From contig AP028633.1 of the NCBI GenBank assembly GCA_033097465.1, forward strand, positions 4,142,139-4,206,138: a stretch of 64,000 bases of DNA, given 5' to 3'. Positions within the stretch are counted from its first letter, which is position 1, and every line of letters begins with the position of its first letter. The translations under genes were made by a program, and so were the position numbers. The DNA comes from Acidothermaceae bacterium B102. GTDB lineage: Bacteria; Actinomycetota; Actinomycetes; JAWWOL01. Under the pieces are notes generated by a model that made no database searches, was not told the origin of the DNA, and saw only the letters and a list, made by a program, of their open reading frames with translations. Positions 10,902 to 20,572 of the stretch are shown here, one piece after another.

Positions 10902-11153
10902 ATGGCGACGTACATGGATGTTCACAGCGGCTTCGTCGGCGTGACCGAGGCCCAGCTCCGGGAGGCCCACGAGGCCGACCTCGCGATCGAGGGCGAGGAG
11001 GGCGTGCACTTCGAGCGGGCCTGGCTCGACCCCGAGCTCGGCAAGGTCTTCTGCCTGTCGAGCGGCCCGTCCAAGGAGGCGGTCATGCGCGTCCACGAGC
11101 GGGCCGGCCACCCCACGACCGAGGTGTACGAGCTCCCGGTCGACATCACCTGA
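10902..11153 (+). CDS. DUF4242 / SCO4226-like small metal-binding protein
   Basis: Starts MATYMDVHSGFVGVTEAQLREAHEADLA.... AAGGAG lies 7 nt upstream of the ATG. The longer ORF from 10833 lacks a ribosome-binding site. Confidence 0.6.
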   Translation: MATYMDVHSGFVGVTEAQLREAHEADLAIEGEEGVHFERAWLDPELGKVFCLSSGPSKEAVMRVHERAGHPTTEVYELPVDIT

Positions 11154-11164
11154 CCGGCCCTGAA

Positions 11165-11238
11165 AATAGTCGCGATACATCGTTGACAACCGGTGCATCG
11201 CGATATATCGTTCACGTATCGCAGAAAGGAGAAACATC
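11165..11238 (+). promoter_or_regulatory. padR promoter with candidate operator
   Basis: A/T-rich stretch in a 70% GC genome. It has two direct repeats, TCGCGATACATCGTTGAC and TCGCGATATATCGTTCAC, and a TTGACA-N17-TATATC sigma-A-like pair. AAAGGAGAAA precedes the padR ATG. Confidence 0.4.
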
Positions 11239-11907
11239 ATGCGATACGACAACGAGAGCCGCCGCAGGCGGCACCACCCTGAAGGACCCGGACCAGAGTT
11301 CGGCGGACCTAGGGGACACGAAGCACAGGAGCACAACCACGACCACGGTGGCCCGCGCGGCTTCAGGGGCGAGCGCCCCGGTTTCCGCGAAGGCCGCCGT
11401 GGTGGACCGGGGGGCATGGGTGGGAGGGGCCGGGCCCAGCGCGGTGACGTGCGGGCCGCGGCCTTGATCCTGCTCAACGAGCAACCGATGCACGGCTACC
11501 AGCTGATGCAGGCCATGGCTGAGCGGACCAACGGGGTGTGGCGGCCCAGCCCGGGCGCCATCTACCCGACGATCGCTCAGCTCGAGGACGAGGGACTGGT
11601 CACGACGCTGGCTGAGGGCGGCCGCAAGCTGGTCACGCTCACCGACGCCGGCCGGGCCTACCTGGCCGACAACGCCGAAACGCTGGCTGACCCGTTCGCT
11701 GCGTTGGTTGGCACCCCCGGCCAGAGCCTCGACCTGAGGTCGGCCGTCGAAGAGGTCCACGCCGCCACCCGCGCGGTGGGCCGCACGGGCACCGAGGCCC
11801 AGGTGGCCGCGGCGTTCGCGGTGCTCGGCGAGGCACGCCGGTCGCTCTACCTCATCCTCGCCGAGGGCGCCCAGCCCGTCACGGTCGAGACCGGCCCGGT
11901 CGCGTGA
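11239..11907 (+). CDS. PadR-family transcriptional regulator with a Gly/Arg/His-rich N-terminal extension
   Basis: PadR winged helix (HGYQLMQAMAERTNGVWRPSPGAIYPTIAQLEDEGLV). The N-terminal 70 aa are low-complexity and His-rich. Confidence 0.85.
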   Translation: MRYDNESRRRRHHPEGPGPEFGGPRGHEAQEHNHDHGGPRGFRGERPGFREGRRGGPGGMGGRGRAQRGDVRAAALILLNEQPMHGYQLMQAMAERTNGVWRPSPGAIYPTIAQLEDEGLVTTLAEGGRKLVTLTDAGRAYLADNAETLADPFAALVGTPGQSLDLRSAVEEVHAATRAVGRTGTEAQVAAAFAVLGEARRSLYLILAEGAQPVTVETGPVA

Positions 11908-12671
11908 GCGAGCGGGTAGGCCGCACCGCCGTCGTCCTGCGGACCGCGTGGCTCACGCCACACATGGTCCGGGTGACGCTCGGCGGGGCGGGCCTCGCCG
12001 GGTTCGGCGCGGGGGAGTTCACCGACCACTACGTCAAGCTGCTGCTCGACGAGCCCGGCTCCGACGCCCAGGTCAGGCGCACCTACACGGTGCGCCGCTG
12101 GGACGCCGAAGCAGGGGAGCTCGACATCGACTTCGTCGCCCATGGCGACGAAGGACTGGCGGGCCCCTGGGCCGCGGCCGCCAAGCCTGGCGACGAGATC
12201 TCGCTGCTCGGTCCGGGCGGCGAGTACGCGCCCGATCCCACCGCCGACTGGCACCTGTTCGTCGGCGACGCGAGTGCCCTCCCCGCGATCGCGGCCGGTC
12301 TCGAGCGGGTTCCCGCGGGCGTTCCGGCGCTCGCCTTCCTCGAGATCGAGGGTCCCGACGAGCAACAGAAGCTCGAGACCCCAGGCGATCTCACCGTGAT
12401 GTGGCTTGACCGTTCAGCTGGCGAGGCCGGCCCCGAGCTGCTCGCCGACGCCGTGCGCGACGCCGACCTGCCTGAGGGCAGGGTGCACGCGTTCGTCCAC
12501 GGTGAGGCGGCCTCGGTACGCGCCGTGCGCCGGCTGCTGCTGGTCGAGCTCGGCGTCCCCCGCGATGCCCTGTCGGTCTCCGGCTATTGGAAGCGCGGCC
12601 GCACCGAAGAGGGCTGGCGCGCCGACAAGTCCGACTGGAAGCGTCAGGTCCTCGAGGACGAGCTGGCATGA
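11904..12671 (+). CDS. siderophore-interacting protein (ViuB/FAD_binding_9 ferric-siderophore reductase family)
   Basis: 255 aa with RTYTVRR (FAD-binding) and a downstream NAD-binding region. Its start overlaps the padR stop by 4 nt. Confidence 0.8.
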   Translation: MSERVGRTAVVLRTAWLTPHMVRVTLGGAGLAGFGAGEFTDHYVKLLLDEPGSDAQVRRTYTVRRWDAEAGELDIDFVAHGDEGLAGPWAAAAKPGDEISLLGPGGEYAPDPTADWHLFVGDASALPAIAAGLERVPAGVPALAFLEIEGPDEQQKLETPGDLTVMWLDRSAGEAGPELLADAVRDADLPEGRVHAFVHGEAASVRAVRRLLLVELGVPRDALSVSGYWKRGRTEEGWRADKSDWKRQVLEDELA

Positions 12672-12672
12672 G

Positions 12673-12717
12673 GAAGGCCCGGACCAGGGTCGAGCCGATC
12701 CTGGTCCGGGCCTTCCG
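12673..12717. terminator. perfect 17-bp-stem hairpin; bidirectional terminator between convergent genes
   Basis: GGAAGGCCCGGACCAGG-gtcgagccgat-CCTGGTCCGGGCCTTCC, with no mismatches. Confidence 0.6.
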
Positions 12718-12738
12718 GCTCGGCGTGCCCGCGCGGTT

Positions 12739-13188
12739 TCAGCGCAGCCGCAGCCGCGCGATGCTTCCGGTGGGGTTGGGGGTCAGGGTGCCCTGACCGG
12801 ACTTGCCGGCGTAGCGGCCGGTCCCCCCCGTGACGATCAGCTGCACCACCTTGTTGGCAGCGTTGGTCAGCCCGCGCGTGGTGATGGTGCCGTAACTGAG
12901 GATGAAGTCGACCTCGCACTGTTTGAGGCCGCCAGCAGAGGCGGTGATAAAGGTGCACGACGCCGCCGTACGGCCGGAGCCGCCCGCGATCACGTGGCTG
13001 CCGACGAGGAACGAATCCCCGACGGACGGGCCGGCGGGCGCGACGTCGACCGGCTGGTTGGTGTCCAGGTGGTTGGTCAGCGTGAGCACCGTGGTGCTGG
13101 CCGCCGCTGCGGTGCCGGCAACGTAGACGCTGGCGGCGATGGCAGCAGTGGCACCGGCTCCGATCAGGATGATTCTCGGCTTGCGCAT
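12739..13188 (-). CDS. small secreted protein (signal peptide plus a beta-rich domain with two Cys)
   Basis: The ATG at 13188 gives MRKPRIILIGAGATAAIAASVYVAG..., and AAGGAG lies upstream. The 395-aa ORF in the track is an upstream read-through. Confidence 0.6.
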   Translation of the reverse strand: MRKPRIILIGAGATAAIAASVYVAGTAAAASTTVLTLTNHLDTNQPVDVAPAGPSVGDSFLVGSHVIAGGSGRTAASCTFITASAGGLKQCEVDFILSYGTITTRGLTNAANKVVQLIVTGGTGRYAGKSGQGTLTPNPTGSIARLRLR

Positions 13189-13291
13189 GATGTGCTCCTT
13201 GGCTCGACGCGATGGGCTCGACAGGTGCACTCTCTGGCCTCGCGCCCTTCGATCGCTTCCGTGAAAACCACAGTGACGGCATGATCGACCG

Positions 13292-16012
13292 ATGCTGGTA
13301 GGACGGCAGGCCGAGCGCTCCGCGCTGAGCGACCTGCTCGGGCACGCGGCCGCAGGGATGGCCGGGTTGGTCCAGCTGGTCGGCGAGGCCGGGGCCGGCA
13401 AGTCCACGCTCGTGACCGACGTCAGCACCCGGGCGGACGGGTTCCGATTGCTGCGCGCGTCCGGACTGGCAGCCGAACAGCCGATCCCGTACGGCGTGGC
13501 CGCGACACTGATCCGACCGCTGCGCGGATCCCTGGGCGCTCTGCCGGACCTCCACGCGCGGGCGCTGCGTGCCGTCCTGGGCCTGGAGTCAGGCCCGATT
13601 GAAGGGCAGCTTGTCCTGGGACTCGCGCTGCTCGAGCTGCTCGCTCTGGCTGCCGAGGACGCGCCGCTTCTGGTGGTGGTCGAGGATCTGCACTGGTGTG
13701 ACGACGTGTCCTTACGGGCCCTCGGCTTCGCCGCCCGGCGGCTCGCCGGTGAGCGGGTGGCTGTCGTGCTGTCTACCCGCCCCGAGGGCGCAGTCCGGTG
13801 GGAGCGAGGAGTCACGCTGACTCTGCCCGGGCTGCAGGCGGATGAGGTCGACGAGCTGCTGTCGTCGTCGTTCCCCGACGTAGCGCGTCCTGTCCGGCAA
13901 GCACTCCACGTACGCACAGGAGGCAACCCGCTGGCCGTGCTCGAAGCGGCACGTGGGCTGTCGCCTGCCCGGCGACAGGGTACGGAGCCGCTGCCGGACT
14001 ATCTGCCCACGTCGTCCCGGCTGCACGAGTACTTCTCAGCCCGTACCGCCGAGTGTCGCGACGACACGCGGTCCCTGCTGCTGCTCGCGGCGCTCGAGGG
14101 GCGGGGCGACCTCTCCGTGCTGGCGGTTGCTGCCACGTCGTACGGCACCACGTTGACGGCGCTCGCCCCGGCTGAGCGTGCAGGGCTGGTTGCCGTCGAC
14201 GGTGGCCGCGTCGTGTTCCGTCACCCGTTGGTGGCCGCGTCCGTGGTTCACGCGGCGTCCGCCGAGCGACACCGGGCAGCGCACGCGGCGCTCGCCGTCG
14301 CCCTCGAGGCCGATGGCGACCGCGCCACCTGGCACGCGGCCGCCGCCTGTGTCCCACCCGACAACGGCGTAGCCGATCGGCTGGCTGCACTGGGGGAGCG
14401 GGCTCTGCGGTCGGCCGCGCCGGCCAGCGCAGCATCGGCGTACGAGCGGGCGGCCGGTTTGACCTCGTCCTCCGCCCTGCGGGCCGGGTGGCTGACCGCC
14501 GCCGCGGAGGCGGCGCTGATGGCAGGGGAGACCACGCGAGCGGTGGCCTTGGCCCTGGCTGTCGACCTCCACGCTCTGCCCTCGACCCAGCGAGGACGAC
14601 CGTCGCTGGTGCGAGGCCGGGCGGCGATGCACATGGGACATGCGGACGAGGCCGGCCCGTTGCTGCTCGAGGCAGCGCGGGCCTTGGCTCCTCCCGCGTC
14701 CGCCGACGCCTGGTCGGAGGCCGTCGAGGCGTCGTTGCAGGCCGGCGACGTGGACTTCGGAACGCTCATCCTCGCCGAGGCGGACGCGTCGGACGTCGAC
14801 ACGACCGATCCCGTGGTCGGGCTGCTGGTGGCCCGGGCGCGCGCCGCCGTCTCCGCGTCAGCCGGCGGCGTGTCAGCGCTCCTCGACGACATCGGCCCGG
14901 CCCTGCAGGCCCTGGCGGAGGCGGACCGCACTGATCCCCAGCTGTGGAACGCGGTAGGGGCCGCCCGGTGCAACATCGGTGACCTGGCCGGCGGCCGTAC
15001 CGCGTTCATCTCGGCCGGTCGCCATGCGCGGATGACGGGGGACCTGCCTCGGCTGGTCGATGCGCTCGCCGGGCAGGCGTTCACCGAGCATGGGCTGGGC
15101 CGGTGGAGCTCAGCCGTCGCTGCGGCGACGAGTGGTCTTGAGCTGCTGGACCGCGACATGGCCCCCTTTCAGCGGGTCGACCTGCTGCTCACGCTGGCCG
15201 ACATCGAGGCCGCCCGAGGCCATGAGGACAGCTGCCGCGCCCGCTGCGCGCAGGTGCGCGGCCTCGCCAGCTCGTTGGGCCTGATCCAGGCGAGCATGCT
15301 GGTGGAGCGCCGGGAGGCCTTGCTGGACCTGAGCCTCAACCAACTGCCGGAGGCCATCGCCCGGCTCGAGAGGTTGCACGGCGAGCAGCAGGCCAGCGCA
15401 ACCCGCCACCCGTATTTCTCGGCCATCCCCGATCTGGTGGAGGCCTACGTACGTTCCGGTCAGCCCGAGCGCGCCCCGGCCCTGGTCGCGGAGTTCGGCG
15501 AGTTCGCTGGGCCCGGCGCACCACCCACGGCCTACGCCCGATATCTGCGTTCGCAGGCGCTGGTGGCAGGACCGGACGGCTACGAGGCGCTGTTCGAGGA
15601 GTCGATCGCCCTCGACACCGAGACCGGCATGGACTTCTTCAAGGCCCGCACGCTGCTGTGCCTCGGCGAGCGGTTACGCAGGGACCGGCGCCGCGTTGAC
15701 GCACGGCGTGTCCTCCGCGTTGCCGGCGAGATCTTCGAGCAGCTCGAGGCCGGTGGCTGGCTCAAGCGGGCGGACGCCGAGCTCGCCGCCACCGGCGAGG
15801 TCCTCGGGCCGCGTACCGCGCTTGCCAGCCAGGAGCTGACCGCGCAGGAGCTGCAGGTCGCCTTGCTCGTTGCGGCGGGAGGTCGCAACAAGGACGTGGC
15901 TGCCGAGCTGTTCCTGTCCGTGAGGACGGTGGAGTTCCACCTCAGCAAGGTGTTCCGCAAGCTCGGGGTCGAGTCGCGGACCGCCCTCGCCGCCCGGCTG
16001 CACGGAGGCTAG
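13292..16012 (+). CDS. LAL-family LuxR transcriptional regulator
   Basis: 906 aa, Walker A GEAGAGKST, C-terminal LTAQELQVALLVAAGGRNKDVAAELFLSVRTVEFHLSKVFRKLG. Confidence 0.85.
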   Translation: MLVGRQAERSALSDLLGHAAAGMAGLVQLVGEAGAGKSTLVTDVSTRADGFRLLRASGLAAEQPIPYGVAATLIRPLRGSLGALPDLHARALRAVLGLESGPIEGQLVLGLALLELLALAAEDAPLLVVVEDLHWCDDVSLRALGFAARRLAGERVAVVLSTRPEGAVRWERGVTLTLPGLQADEVDELLSSSFPDVARPVRQALHVRTGGNPLAVLEAARGLSPARRQGTEPLPDYLPTSSRLHEYFSARTAECRDDTRSLLLLAALEGRGDLSVLAVAATSYGTTLTALAPAERAGLVAVDGGRVVFRHPLVAASVVHAASAERHRAAHAALAVALEADGDRATWHAAAACVPPDNGVADRLAALGERALRSAAPASAASAYERAAGLTSSSALRAGWLTAAAEAALMAGETTRAVALALAVDLHALPSTQRGRPSLVRGRAAMHMGHADEAGPLLLEAARALAPPASADAWSEAVEASLQAGDVDFGTLILAEADASDVDTTDPVVGLLVARARAAVSASAGGVSALLDDIGPALQALAEADRTDPQLWNAVGAARCNIGDLAGGRTAFISAGRHARMTGDLPRLVDALAGQAFTEHGLGRWSSAVAAATSGLELLDRDMAPFQRVDLLLTLADIEAARGHEDSCRARCAQVRGLASSLGLIQASMLVERREALLDLSLNQLPEAIARLERLHGEQQASATRHPYFSAIPDLVEAYVRSGQPERAPALVAEFGEFAGPGAPPTAYARYLRSQALVAGPDGYEALFEESIALDTETGMDFFKARTLLCLGERLRRDRRRVDARRVLRVAGEIFEQLEAGGWLKRADAELAATGEVLGPRTALASQELTAQELQVALLVAAGGRNKDVAAELFLSVRTVEFHLSKVFRKLGVESRTALAARLHGG

Positions 16013-16596
16013 GCCGATGACCGCTCGCCGCCGGAGGTGAGAGTTGATGGCCCGCTCGTGCGGTCAGTACGCCACGAGGCGGCTCGTGCGCCAGCCGTGC
16101 GCTGTGCCTCGACCGTGACGCGGGGGTCGTGCTCGCGGAAGGCCCGCCACCACCGGTTGGCGTCGTCGACCAGCTCGGCGACGCTCATGGTCGAGCCGTC
16201 GGCCCGTTGGACGGCGACGGCACGGAACCGGATGAGCCCTTGCAGGAAGTAGCGCGTGAACTCCTCGTCTGCCCCCGTGATCGAGCACTCGGTAAACCAA
16301 TAGAGTTGGTGCTCCGCGGGGCGCGCGTCGAGGGTTAGCATCAGGCTCGGCGCGTCGGCCCACTTCAACGTGGGGTCCTCGTCGTCGTCGATGAAGTCCC
16401 AGCCGTACATGGCGCCGGTGAGCGTCAGGGAGCCAAAGAATTCGTTCAGGGCGTCCAGCGGCCCGACCTCGGGCAGAGAGTCCACCTCGAGCAGCAGTCG
16501 GCAGACCTGCGACGCATTGTCCAAGGTGAGCCCGAACACGGTGCTCTCGTCCAGGGCGTCGCCGATGCGGTCGATGAGGTCTGTCGTCCACTGCAT
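16009..16596 (-). CDS. hypothetical acidic cytoplasmic protein
   Basis: 195-aa ORF 50 bp downstream of ctaA on the same strand. Codon usage is typical. I recognise no family. Its 3' end overlaps the LAL regulator stop. Confidence 0.5.
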   Translation of the reverse strand: MQWTTDLIDRIGDALDESTVFGLTLDNASQVCRLLLEVDSLPEVGPLDALNEFFGSLTLTGAMYGWDFIDDDEDPTLKWADAPSLMLTLDARPAEHQLYWFTECSITGADEEFTRYFLQGLIRFRAVAVQRADGSTMSVAELVDDANRWWRAFREHDPRVTVEAQRTAGARAASWRTDRTSGPSTLTSGGERSSA

Positions 16597-16645
16597 CGCG
16601 CCGGCATGACGGTCGCTGCGAAGGAGCGCCGCCGATTTAGCCGGG

Positions 16646-17635
16646 CTAGGCCCGGACGGTCACGACCTCTTCCGGTGCCGGATCGCGTGCGGTCCAGGGG
16701 CTGAGCAGCGGCCCGCGGTCACGCAACGAGTAGACCAACCAGGCCGTGAGTGCTGCGGTAGCGGTCGCGCCGACGAGGTGGACCTCGACCAGGCCGGACG
16801 GCAGCTTGGTGAAGTACTGCACGTAGCCGACGACCCCCTGAGCCAGCTCGACGGCCAGCAACCGGCGGACCGCGGTGTTGACCTGGGCTGGTGCTTTCAC
16901 GGCACGGAAGACGACCACCAGGGCGACCGTGAGTCCGACCAGCAGCATCACCGCGTCGGCGTGCAGCTGGGTGATCAGCACCGGGTCGAGGCCGTTGCGC
17001 TTGGCCGTGACGTCGCCTGCATGGGGGCCGCTGCCCGTGACGACGGTGCCGAGCACGAGCACGACGCCCACCAGCGCGGCCAACCCGTACACCAGGCTCC
17101 GGAGCAGGGGGAGGACGAGCGATTGTGTGGGGTGGTCGCCCTCACCGGTCCGCCGCAGCAGCAGGGTGGCGGCGGCCACCATCACCATCGAGGCCAGGAA
17201 GTGCACCATCACGACCCACGGGTTGAGGTGGGTGAGCACGGTGATGCCGCCCAGCACCGCCTGCAGCGGGACGGCCCCGAGCAGCAGCCAGGACAGTCGG
17301 ACGACGTCGCGCCGGCGCGGCGATGAGCGCATCGCTACAACGACGGTGGCCACGCCGATCGTGATCAGCACCGTGATGAGCATGCGGTTGCCCAGCTCGA
17401 TCCAGTGGTGGTAAGCCGTCGGCGCGTGCGCTGTGCCCCCGGTCAGGCAGTGCGGCCAGGTCGGGCAACCGAGGCCCGAGTCGGTGAGACGCACGGCACC
17501 ACCGGTGGCGACGAGCGCCATGTTGGCGACGAGCGTCGCGATGGCTGCGACGCGCATCGCCGCCGGCCCGGGGCGGTCGGCCAGTCGGGCCAGACTCCTG
17601 CCGCGCGCGGGCTCGACGGACGCTGACCTGGACAT
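16646..17635 (-). CDS. ctaA: heme A synthase (COX15/CtaA)
   Basis: 329-aa polytopic protein with the GCPTWPHC motif and conserved His residues. Confidence 0.85.
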   Translation of the reverse strand: MSRSASVEPARGRSLARLADRPGPAAMRVAAIATLVANMALVATGGAVRLTDSGLGCPTWPHCLTGGTAHAPTAYHHWIELGNRMLITVLITIGVATVVVAMRSSPRRRDVVRLSWLLLGAVPLQAVLGGITVLTHLNPWVVMVHFLASMVMVAAATLLLRRTGEGDHPTQSLVLPLLRSLVYGLAALVGVVLVLGTVVTGSGPHAGDVTAKRNGLDPVLITQLHADAVMLLVGLTVALVVVFRAVKAPAQVNTAVRRLLAVELAQGVVGYVQYFTKLPSGLVEVHLVGATATAALTAWLVYSLRDRGPLLSPWTARDPAPEEVVTVRA

Positions 17636-17656
17636 CGGTTCGATGGTACGGGGGGC

Positions 17657-18178
17657 TCAACCTCGGCGCAGCGCCGCCCGCTCGGTCTCGGTAGTGCTCC
17701 ACGCCGCGGCGGCGGTGAGCGCGGCGCCGCACACGATGGCGTTCCACAGCGGCGCGGTGCCTGTGGAGCCGTTCTGGAAGGACAGCACGAACGCCGCGAC
17801 GATCGTCCAGGCGCCGAGCCCGAAGCTGACAGACGGGGCGCGCGGCAGGGACGGCCGGACCAGCCGCGCCAGGGCGAGCGCGGCCAGCACCCCGCCGACG
17901 GCGACGTCGTTCCAACGCAGGACGCTCGAGCCCCCGGAGCCGACGACCCACGGGGAGACCGCGAGCCAGACCCCGACCAGGGCCTCTATCGCCGCGCCGG
18001 CCCGGGTGACCTCGTGGATGCGGTGGTCCTTGGCGGACGGAACGGGGGTGTCCTGGACCGGGATGAAGGCGGTGTCGGGATAGGCGGTGTTGGCCTCAGC
18101 CGGCGTCACAAGGTCAGGCACCGATGACAGCGCGGGGGACGACGGCTCGGACCGCTCGTACGACGACACCGTGCTCAC
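17657..18178 (-). CDS. SPW-repeat membrane protein
   Basis: 173 aa with an SPW motif in a transmembrane segment (AVSPWVVG). It ends 21 bp upstream of ctaA. Confidence 0.55.
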   Translation of the reverse strand: MSTVSSYERSEPSSPALSSVPDLVTPAEANTAYPDTAFIPVQDTPVPSAKDHRIHEVTRAGAAIEALVGVWLAVSPWVVGSGGSSVLRWNDVAVGGVLAALALARLVRPSLPRAPSVSFGLGAWTIVAAFVLSFQNGSTGTAPLWNAIVCGAALTAAAAWSTTETERAALRRG

Positions 18179-18389
18179 GCCTGCTCCCCGTGTGAACGCA
18201 CCGTGACCTCGTCGACCTGCGCGGTCGTCGAAGTCACCGTCCGATTGCTAGCCCCTTGTCCGATCTTCGCACGTCTTAAACCCAGATGTGGGCAAAGCGG
18301 CCTTCGGGCGTTACGCGGCCGGCGAGGCCTGGTCGCCTGCTCGCCGCGCCGCTTTGTGCGCGGTCGGCGAATTAGGTAACGTAGGCGTT

Positions 18390-19148
18390 GTGAAAACCGC
18401 CGTCGACCTCGCTGAGCTCCCCGTCCTGGGAGATCGCGTCGATGTGCGGACACGTGACCGGGTGGCCAAGGCGATCCTCGAGCACGGTCCGGTGAGCGCC
18501 GCCACGCTGGCCGAGCTGCTCGGGCTCACTCCTGCGGCCGTCCGCCGACACCTCGACTCCATGACCGCCGCCGGCCGCGTGGTCGAGGTGGCCGAGCGGC
18601 CCGTACGAGGCAAGGTGCGTGGCCGCGGGCGTCCGGCGCGACTCTTCGCGCTGTCCGAGGCGGGCCGGTCGTCCTTCCCGCACGGCTACGACGAGCTCGC
18701 CGCGTCCGCGCTGCGTTTCTTGGCCGAGACCGGGGGGGAGGCCGCGGTCGACGCGTTCGCCCACCAACGGCTGGCCGGGGTCGAGGAGCGTTACCGTTCG
18801 CTGCTGTCGGCGGCGGGCGCCGACGACAGTGCTACGCGCGTCGAGGTCCTCGTCGCCGCGCTCTCCGAGGACGGCTTCGCGGCCTCCGCCCAGGTCACCC
18901 CGTCCGGGGTCCAGATCTGCCAGCACCACTGCCCGGTCGCCCAGGTTGCGGTCGAGTTCCCCGCCCTGTGTGATGCCGAGACGGCAGTGTTCAGTCGCCT
19001 GCTCGGCACCCACGTTCAGCGCCTCGCGACCTTGGCTCACGGCGACGGCGTCTGCACCACCAACGTTCCCTGCTCCACGACCGTCTCCACCGCTGCGACT
19101 CCACTGCCTGACCCCAGCAACCCCGTCACCGGGAGGGACTCCGCATGA
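18390..19148 (+). CDS. sufR: SufR, ArsR-family Fe-S-sensing repressor of the suf operon
   Basis: Winged helix ([22 protein letters not shown]) plus a C-terminal Cys cluster ([10 protein letters not shown]-x-x-C). GTG start chosen inside the 18288 ORF. Its stop overlaps the sufB start. Confidence 0.75.
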   Translation: MKTAVDLAELPVLGDRVDVRTRDRVAKAILEHGPVSAATLAELLGLTPAAVRRHLDSMTAAGRVVEVAERPVRGKVRGRGRPARLFALSEAGRSSFPHGYDELAASALRFLAETGGEAAVDAFAHQRLAGVEERYRSLLSAAGADDSATRVEVLVAALSEDGFAASAQVTPSGVQICQHHCPVAQVAVEFPALCDAETAVFSRLLGTHVQRLATLAHGDGVCTTNVPCSTTVSTAATPLPDPSNPVTGRDSA

Positions 19149-20572
19149 CCACCATTCAGCCTGAGCCTGACACTCACCCCGAGCTCGAGGGGCTTGGCCG
19201 GTACGACTTCGGCTGGGCCGACGCCGACACCGCCGGCGCCACCGCGCGCCGCGGACTGTCCACCGAGGTGGTCGAGAACATCTCCGCGCTCAAGAACGAG
19301 CCCGAGTGGATGCTGAAGATGCGGCTCAAGGGCCTGGGGCTGTTCGACAAGAAGCCGATGCCCGCGTGGGGCGCCGACCTGTCCGGCATCCACTTCGACC
19401 GGATCAAGTACTTCGTCCGGTCGACCGAGAAGCAGGCCGCGACGTGGGACGACCTGCCCGCCGACATCAAGAACACCTACGACAAGCTGGGCATCCCCGA
19501 GGCCGAGAAGCAGCGTCTCGTCTCCGGTGTCGCCGCCCAGTACGAGTCCGAGGTGGTCTACCACCAGATCAACGAGGAGCTCGAGAAGCAGGGCGTCATC
19601 TTCGTCGACACCGACACCGCGCTGCGCGAGCACGAGGACCTGTTCCGCGAGTACTTCGGCACGGTGATCCCGGTCGGTGACAACAAGTTCGCCGCGCTCA
19701 ACACGGCCGTGTGGTCCGGCGGCTCCTTCATCTACGTCCCGCCGGGCGTCCACGTCGAGATCCCGCTGCAGGCCTACTTCCGGATCAACACCGAAAACAT
19801 GGGTCAGTTCGAGCGGACGCTGATCATCGCCGACGAGGGCTCGTACGTTCACTACGTCGAGGGCTGTACGGCGCCCATCTACTCCAGCGACTCACTGCAC
19901 TCCGCGGTCGTCGAGATCATCGTCAAGAAGAACGCCCGGGTGCGCTACACGACCATCCAGAACTGGTCCAACAACGTCTACAACCTGGTCACCAAGCGGG
20001 CTACCGCCGCGGCCGGCGCGACGATGGAGTGGATCGACGGCAACCTCGGCTCCAAGGTGACGATGAAGTACCCCGCCGTGTGGCTCCTCGGTGAGCACGC
20101 CAACGGTGAGGTGCTCTCCGTCGCCTTCGCCGGCGAGGGCCAGCACCAGGACGCCGGCGCCAAGATGGTGCACAACGCGCCCAACACCTCGTCGACGATC
20201 GTGTCCAAGTCGGTCGCCCGCGGCGGCGGCCGCACGTCGTACCGCGGGCTCGTCCAGATCAATGAGGGCGCCCATGGCTCGAAGTCGACGGTGAAGTGCG
20301 ACGCGCTGCTGGTCGACTCGATCAGCCGCTCCGACACCTACCCCTACGTCGATGTCCGCGAGGACGATGTGTCGATGGGCCACGAGGCCACCGTCTCGCG
20401 CATCGGCGAGGACCAGCTGTTCTACCTGATGAGCCGCGGCATGACCGACGACGAGGCCGCCGCAATGATCGTGCGCGGCTTCATCGAGCCGATCGCCCGC
20501 GAGCTGCCCATGGAGTACGCGATCGAGCTGAACCGGCTCATCGAGTTGCAGATGGAAGGGGCTGTCGGCTGA
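19145..20572 (+). CDS. sufB: Fe-S cluster assembly protein SufB
   Basis: 475 aa, highly conserved SufB sequence. Confidence 0.95.
   Translation: MTTIQPEPDTHPELEGLGRYDFGWADADTAGATARRGLSTEVVENISALKNEPEWMLKMRLKGLGLFDKKPMPAWGADLSGIHFDRIKYFVRSTEKQAATWDDLPADIKNTYDKLGIPEAEKQRLVSGVAAQYESEVVYHQINEELEKQGVIFVDTDTALREHEDLFREYFGTVIPVGDNKFAALNTAVWSGGSFIYVPPGVHVEIPLQAYFRINTENMGQFERTLIIADEGSYVHYVEGCTAPIYSSDSLHSAVVEIIVKKNARVRYTTIQNWSNNVYNLVTKRATAAAGATMEWIDGNLGSKVTMKYPAVWLLGEHANGEVLSVAFAGEGQHQDAGAKMVHNAPNTSSTIVSKSVARGGGRTSYRGLVQINEGAHGSKSTVKCDALLVDSISRSDTYPYVDVREDDVSMGHEATVSRIGEDQLFYLMSRGMTDDEAAAMIVRGFIEPIARELPMEYAIELNRLIELQMEGAVG

Noticed and set aside
18179-18389. Searched the sufR upstream region for the mycobacterial SufR inverted repeat.
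   Set aside because: I found only weak partial palindromes (for example CCGCTTTGTGCGG) and cannot support an operator call by eye.
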